Shown here piece by piece: positions 58,261 through 64,000 of a stretch of DNA of 64,000 nucleotides. The DNA lies in contig OX597820.1 of the NCBI GenBank assembly GCA_951406725.2, positions 12,462,001-12,526,000 of the forward strand, in the 5' to 3' direction. Position numbers and translations under genes: made by a program. Source of the stretch: Octopus vulgaris. Taxonomy: Eukaryota. The notes below the pieces were generated by a model. It saw only the letters and a program-made list of their open reading frames with translations, was not told the DNA's origin and made no database searches. Positions within the stretch are counted from its first letter, which is position 1. Every line of letters begins with the position of its first letter.

Positions 58261-60805
58261 AGGAAAGACAAAATAAACATAGAATGAAGTGAAAGTGGAA
58301 GATACCTCTCCCACCTTGGAATATCACAGTGAATATTTCTTGAGACTAAAATCTATATTCATTGTCTTCCACGTGACCAATAAAACGTGTGAAATTCATT
58401 ATGGCATCATCAATCAATGTACTTCATGCATATTAATTAGCAAGTTTTCTTGTTGAATCAGGTACATGAAATTTCGTGCCTTGGCAACATATAATACGAT
58501 CTTGCCAACATGATTGATCACCCTATAAGTGTGGGAATGTACCAACTGACGCCAACCGAGATGTTTCGTAAAATCTCAACTGCATCGGTGAATAATATTT
58601 TGAAGAGGAGTTTATATGTTGCGGGCAAGTAAGAGATGGGACGATAGTTTAATAAATCATCTGGGATTTATGTTTTCTTGCCAGTAAGGAACCATCTAAG
58701 TCCTTAGTTCGAACTGTTTAAGAGCGTTCAAAACACATGCTGCATTGTAGTGCACTATCAAACGAAAACCTCCAAGCGTTTTTGTTGTCAATGCCGAAAA
58801 TCTTCGCATTTTAATATGGCATCGTATTTTTCCCAACTTCTACGTTTTTACTCAGCGACGACCAGGTTTTAAGAGTGACAAGTTTTAAGTAGTCACAGGC
58901 ATAGCTAAGTGGTTAAAATTGTTCTATGCAATCCAGGATTCGGTCTCATTGACCAGTATTTTGTAAAAGTTCATTTACAACAACATTGGGTTTAGTTAAG
59001 ACTTATAATTAGATGTTAGTGGACAGAAACAATGTAGAAAATAGTTGCGTCTTTTATACTTGCAATTCAAAAGTTCAGCTTCATCATATTTGCTTTGCGC
59101 TTATTATGTATGAGAGTAACGTGGACTGTTCAACACTTAGCACGTTATTTAAATTCTATTACTATCTTGTCCAGTTCATCGAACGACAAGGCACTCACGT
59201 GTCGGAAGTGACCTATGAGTTCATCTTTAAGTAAAGCGAACACGTTTCGTTCTAAGCATTCGGTCATCTGCACAGCTGTTTATTTATTCTTTGATGCTGT
59301 AGCTAATCATGACAAAATATATATTCTTATTAATGATTACAGACGGATGATAATCTGCTACCGGTGTTGTTTTATTTGTTTCCCTAACTAGAGCATGCGT
59401 TATTTTAAATAACACTTCCATTTGCTTAAACAAGAAATTAACACAATATGGTGATTAGTTCTTGTTCATACGATTATCGTTTTATAAGCCCAGGTGAGGG
59501 CGTATCTTCCGGTGAGCATAGCTGTTGACTCGACTATGTCGATCGTAATACAATGTGCAAAGGACTAGACAACTTGATCATAATGTGGTCAATTGCACTG
59601 ATTACATGCTCTACGCTTGGCATTTCTTTTTCGGCTTTTATAGTTTGTAGCTAAGCATTGCCTTCATGCAGCTCATATCTTATCTTCCACTTTTCTCTTT
59701 CTAGCCAACAGCTTTGGGTCATTGCAGATTTTAACTCGGCTTTACTTCTCTTTCGACCTTTGCAGGGATGGGACGTAGTTCATCGCTTCACTTTCACTTT
59801 AGCACTGTTTGATTTTGTCTATGGCTTTCTTTTCAAAGTTCTTCTACTGCCGTGCTCTTATCTAAATCTTTTCGGGCAGCTGACTTCGAGTTTTTACTTA
59901 TTTGTTTCGTTTACTTGTACTTGTAGAAGAGATTGTTTCTTTCTGCATTTTCCTTTATTCCCTCATTAGGTTTTATTTGCTTACTTGTTTCCTTCAATTT
60001 TTCTAGTCACAATGTTTATATATCTTATTAATACTATACGCTCATATCTCACGTACATTATATCAGCTTTGGCTTGGTAGATTTCAAACTCTGTTACTCG
60101 GTTTTTCTTACAAAGATTTACTTCCAGTTAAACATTTTATTATGTTGGAACTGAAGTTTCTAACTTCGAAAGTACATACATACATCCATACCCATACATC
60201 TATACATATCTATATGTGTGTATGTATATATATGAATACATAAATACACACACACACACACACATATATTATCGTATATGTAAAACGGATATTTTAAAAT
60301 ATTAGTCTCATTCCCTTCTGCTCTTTTCTACTGCTTTAGTTTTCTACTGCTGTTGTTTTTTTGCTATCACTTCCTTCAACGTCATATCTATATGGATAGT
60401 TCTATTGACATTCACTGGAATTCGGTGTCTGAGACTAATTTAATGTTCTCAGTTTTATTTTTTGTTTTACCTCTTTTAATAGTAGCTCATATTTTTAGTG
60501 CTGTTCTTATTTGTATATATTGATTGAATTCATGCACAATGTCTATCTCGAAGAAGAATCTCAAATGCGTATTGAGTAATGTCCTTCATAAATAGTTTTA
60601 CGGCTGCCATCTTCAAGAGATGTTTCGTATTTTCTTCTGCAGAATTTATAGCCATTTCTGATTGGATTCGGCGAATTTGTTAATGGAGTCAGTGATAGAC
60701 AAATTTCAGAGGGCTAAGATGTTTCCTTCATAGATTCTCACTATTAGTATTATAAGGCTTGTTTTAATCATCTCCTCTGCTTCGCAAGGATGTAACTTCC
60801 TATGT

Positions 60806-60852
<47 letters not shown>

Positions 60853-60868
60853 TATATATAGAGAGATA

Positions 60869-60925
<57 letters not shown>

Positions 60926-61119
60926 ACATATGTATATTCATATATACATGTGTGTATATATATATGTGTATATACATATACATACATATATATATATGTA
61001 TATATATATCCTCCTTTGTGCTATCTTCAATCAATAAAAGGCCTGTTCCCCAGCAGCTTCTCTTTATATTTATATATCCCTTTCCACCGCTTCTTTTCCC
61101 CCCGTAAGATGTCATTGCT

Positions 61120-62400
61120 TTCCATGTGAGTAGACAGTTTGTTTTATAGTATGTAAGGACCTTGTAAGCTTGGGTACGCAGCGTATAGGCTTGTAATTTG
61201 GTGTTTCTCAATTGATTTTGTTTTGGGAATTAATATTGTTTTCCTCTCCAGCAGCCATTCAGATGTTGACTCTGATCTGCTTACGAGTACATTGAATATT
61301 GCTGCTACTGATTCATGAGTACTGGGCCGGTGCTTCAGCCAGAAATTGGGGACTTTGTCAATTCCAGGGGATCTCCAGTCGTTTGCAGTGTTGGTGAGTG
61401 TTTTGTTGGCTAAAGGTAGCCATGTTGGCTGTGCTATTGTATCATTTTAACCTTTTCCCTTCTCATCCATTTTGCTTTTTGGTTGTGCCGAATGCATTTG
61501 TTCTATATTCCGTGCTAGTTTGCTTTCATATCTGTTCATATTGGTGTGTTCTCAAGTGTTTTCATTTATTTTATTTTTGTTATTGTGATCATGTCCCAGT
61601 AAAATACTTCTGTATTTTATTTATTTATTCATCTCATTTTCTTAGAAGATACGCTTCAGTTATGTTTTTTTTTCTTTTTGCAGTATCATCTGCACGCTTT
61701 TGTTCTATAATTTGCTTAAGCATTTCTATTGCATCCAGAAATGTTTTCTTTTTAAATCTGCGAGGATCTTTGTCCCTGTTTCCATACCTCAGAATTACTT
61801 TTCCATTTCACTGGGTTAAACAGGGTTTTCTTATTCTAAAATTTAATTAGTATATTTACTTTCAACTGATGATTGTTATGTTAGGCTGTAGATATTCCTT
61901 GTTCGATTAGGACCAATCCGTTTATATCAATACTCCCTCTGCTACTAAATTGTTTTGATAATACCATCTGACGTCATTAGATTTGTTTCTCTTCGTCGGT
62001 AAAATTTCTTGGAGATCCGTGTTGTTACATGTATTTATACTTTCAGGGACCGTCTAGTTTTGGTGTCAGAGAGACAGCATTTCATGTTAATCAATGTGCA
62101 TGGATTTTGTTATTTTGCCTGATGTTTTCTTTATTGGTTCTCTTTGGATTCATATACTGTAACCTATGTTGTCCTCTTGTGATGAATGTTTTCATACCTT
62201 TTGCTGTTACGGGTGTGTTTGAGGGAATATTTTGCTGTTTTTGTATTTGGTTCAATATTTCGAAGGGTACATTTCGTGACTGGCATCATCTTTGACTATA
62301 TTAACTCGTTTTTCTTTGTAATGCCCAATCCATTTCCAATACGGTGTGTTCTAAAGCAATTCTCTTGTGTATAAATGTTAATTCATTGTATGTGTTATCG
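61120..62400 (-). mobile_element. Decayed R4/Dong-like LINE, N-terminal and early RT region
   Basis: WRSPGIDKVPNFWLKH...[14 protein letters not shown]...NYKPIRC matches WKAPGxDxIxNxWLK / PEWLxxGRTxLIPK / NYRPITCL. Confidence 0.75.
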
Positions 62401-62751
62401 TTTCTGTTGATCAGTTCTCTTTCACTTTTAGAGTACGTGTATATTTTATGTGATACGTTCGTTCGTGGTGTTTTCATTGATTTGTAGTATATTATTTGTT
62501 ACATACGCATACAAACACACACGATGACTGTCTACTCGTACGACGAACATGACAATCGCTAACATGTTTCAGCAGTACCCGTACAAAAGTTCTTGGTCAA
62601 GCGCATAATGCGAAATACAACAGCGATTCTCATTAACAATACCAAAAAGTCACGAATAGAGAAAAGAGTACATATATATATATATACTGTACTTTCAATG
62701 ACAGAAAACTTTACGAAACTGTACTCCATCTATCTGTTGAGAGATAAATAT

Positions 62752-62983
62752 AATTTATTTAAGGGACACAATACATTTCTTTAAGAGCTGCTAATAGTTT
62801 TATATGTTGGCAAATATCTCATATTCATCAGGTAAACACCACATATAACGTTTCTTCTCTTATTCAATTCTTTAGTTCCCTTATAATATGGATTTGTGCC
62901 TGATGAATATGTTTAAGATACTTCTCAACATATGAAACTATTAGTAGCACTTAAAGACATATATTGTCTCCTTTAAATAAATG
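62752..62983. repeat. Inverted repeat (~80-bp diverged arms), each arm carrying a hammerhead motif
   Basis: 62752-62832 matches the reverse complement of 62899-62983 (atttatttaagggacacaat / attgtctcctttaaataaat). Confidence 0.8.
62896..62950 (+). ncRNA. Type I hammerhead ribozyme with intact core
   Basis: GTGC-CTGATGA-ATATGTT(13-nt loop)AACATAT-GAAAC TATTA GTA-GCAC: stem I of 4 bp, a perfect 7-bp stem II, ACTA-T-TAGT at stem III and a GUA site. Confidence 0.85.
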
Positions 62984-63000
62984 ATGTATATGTATGTATG

Positions 63001-63040
<40 letters not shown>

Positions 63041-63379
63041 TAGATGGATAGATAGATACATACATAGATACATAGATACATAGATAGATACACCACCACC
63101 CTATCACACCAAACACCACACGCCACACACCACCATACCACACCACATCACACCACCCGGCACACACTAGTAGTAACCACTTCCCAGCACCTACGCCATC
63201 ATCCACACACCTACACATACACACACGCACAGGTCAATGTCACCATCCCTCTTCCACACGCACATACACACTCTCACATATATTACACACGCGCACCTTC
63301 GTTTTGGGATCAGCACTACTTTATTATCTACCCTTCTTCCTTGCTCTGCTGTGTCACCCCTCTGTTCGGCATTCGCCAT

Positions 63380-63565
63380 GATAGGTCGCTAGCCACTAAA
63401 CCTTTCTCTATTTTCTCTCCCTGTTTATTTCTGTGTTCCTTTCTATCGACGAGTGTAGGCTCGCAACGTTAAATATTCTCTCATTTCCCGAGCGTTAAAA
63501 TAACGCATCTGTTTTTTGTTTATACACCCGTCTTCCTCTTTTGTTTTTTGTAAATTCTCACTATA
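63380..63565 (+). mobile_element. Second, more decayed copy of the 25091-25295 hammerhead-variant element
   Basis: ctttctatcgacgagtgtaggctcgcaacgttaaa and both flanks align to the reverse complement of the 25-kb copy; ends in tatata. Confidence 0.6.
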
Positions 63566-63816
63566 TATTTATATTCTTTTGAATAATAACAGTGAAATCT
63601 TCGAAATATATGTCGAAAGTAATACTATTTGATTTATACCTTCGTTAACCTCCATTTATTTATTTATATATCATACACAAACTTCCACGTAAACACGAAT
63701 TTTCTACCTTTAAAAACAAGGAGTTACAACCTCTTTACTTGTGTGATTTTTTGCTACCCTGGTAACTATTTATTTATTTTTTCCGTGTTAATTGTTAACA
63801 AGGCAAAAGTACACTC

Positions 63817-63875
<59 letters not shown>

Positions 63876-64000
63876 CGATTCATTGCGGTTCATTTAGCTT
63901 TCTTGTATGGGTTTGTTATATTTTTTTAAATAAGTTGTTTTTTATTGTGTGTATCAGTATATGTAAAATCATTTTATTTTTCAATTTATATATTTTGCAT

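Overview
AT-rich, microsatellite-dense animal genomic DNA. A coleoid cephalopod such as Octopus is inferred from the repeat landscape and gene type; this is not proven. The only well-supported gene is the 3' part of a + strand voltage-gated proton channel (Hv/HVCN family), with four clean GT-AG exons at 1120-1173, 3047-3185, 3442-3557 and 7668-7758. Its S4 reads LLPWRVIRVVN and lacks the first gating arginine, as in molluscan Hv3-type channels. The rest of the window is intron or intergenic sequence holding decayed mariner transposons, many R4/Dong-like and RTE-like LINE fragments, tRNA-derived SINEs, foldback elements and (TA)n/(ATT)n/(CAT)n tracts. Nearly all listed ORFs are microsatellite artefacts. 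The most notable hidden signal is a set of short elements in or beside (TA)n tracts that carry type I hammerhead ribozyme folds: two with intact cores (38575-38684 minus, 62896-62950 plus) and several variant or decayed ones. They often lie within inverted repeats or perfect palindromes, consistent with Penelope-like pseudo-LTR or retrozyme-like relics.
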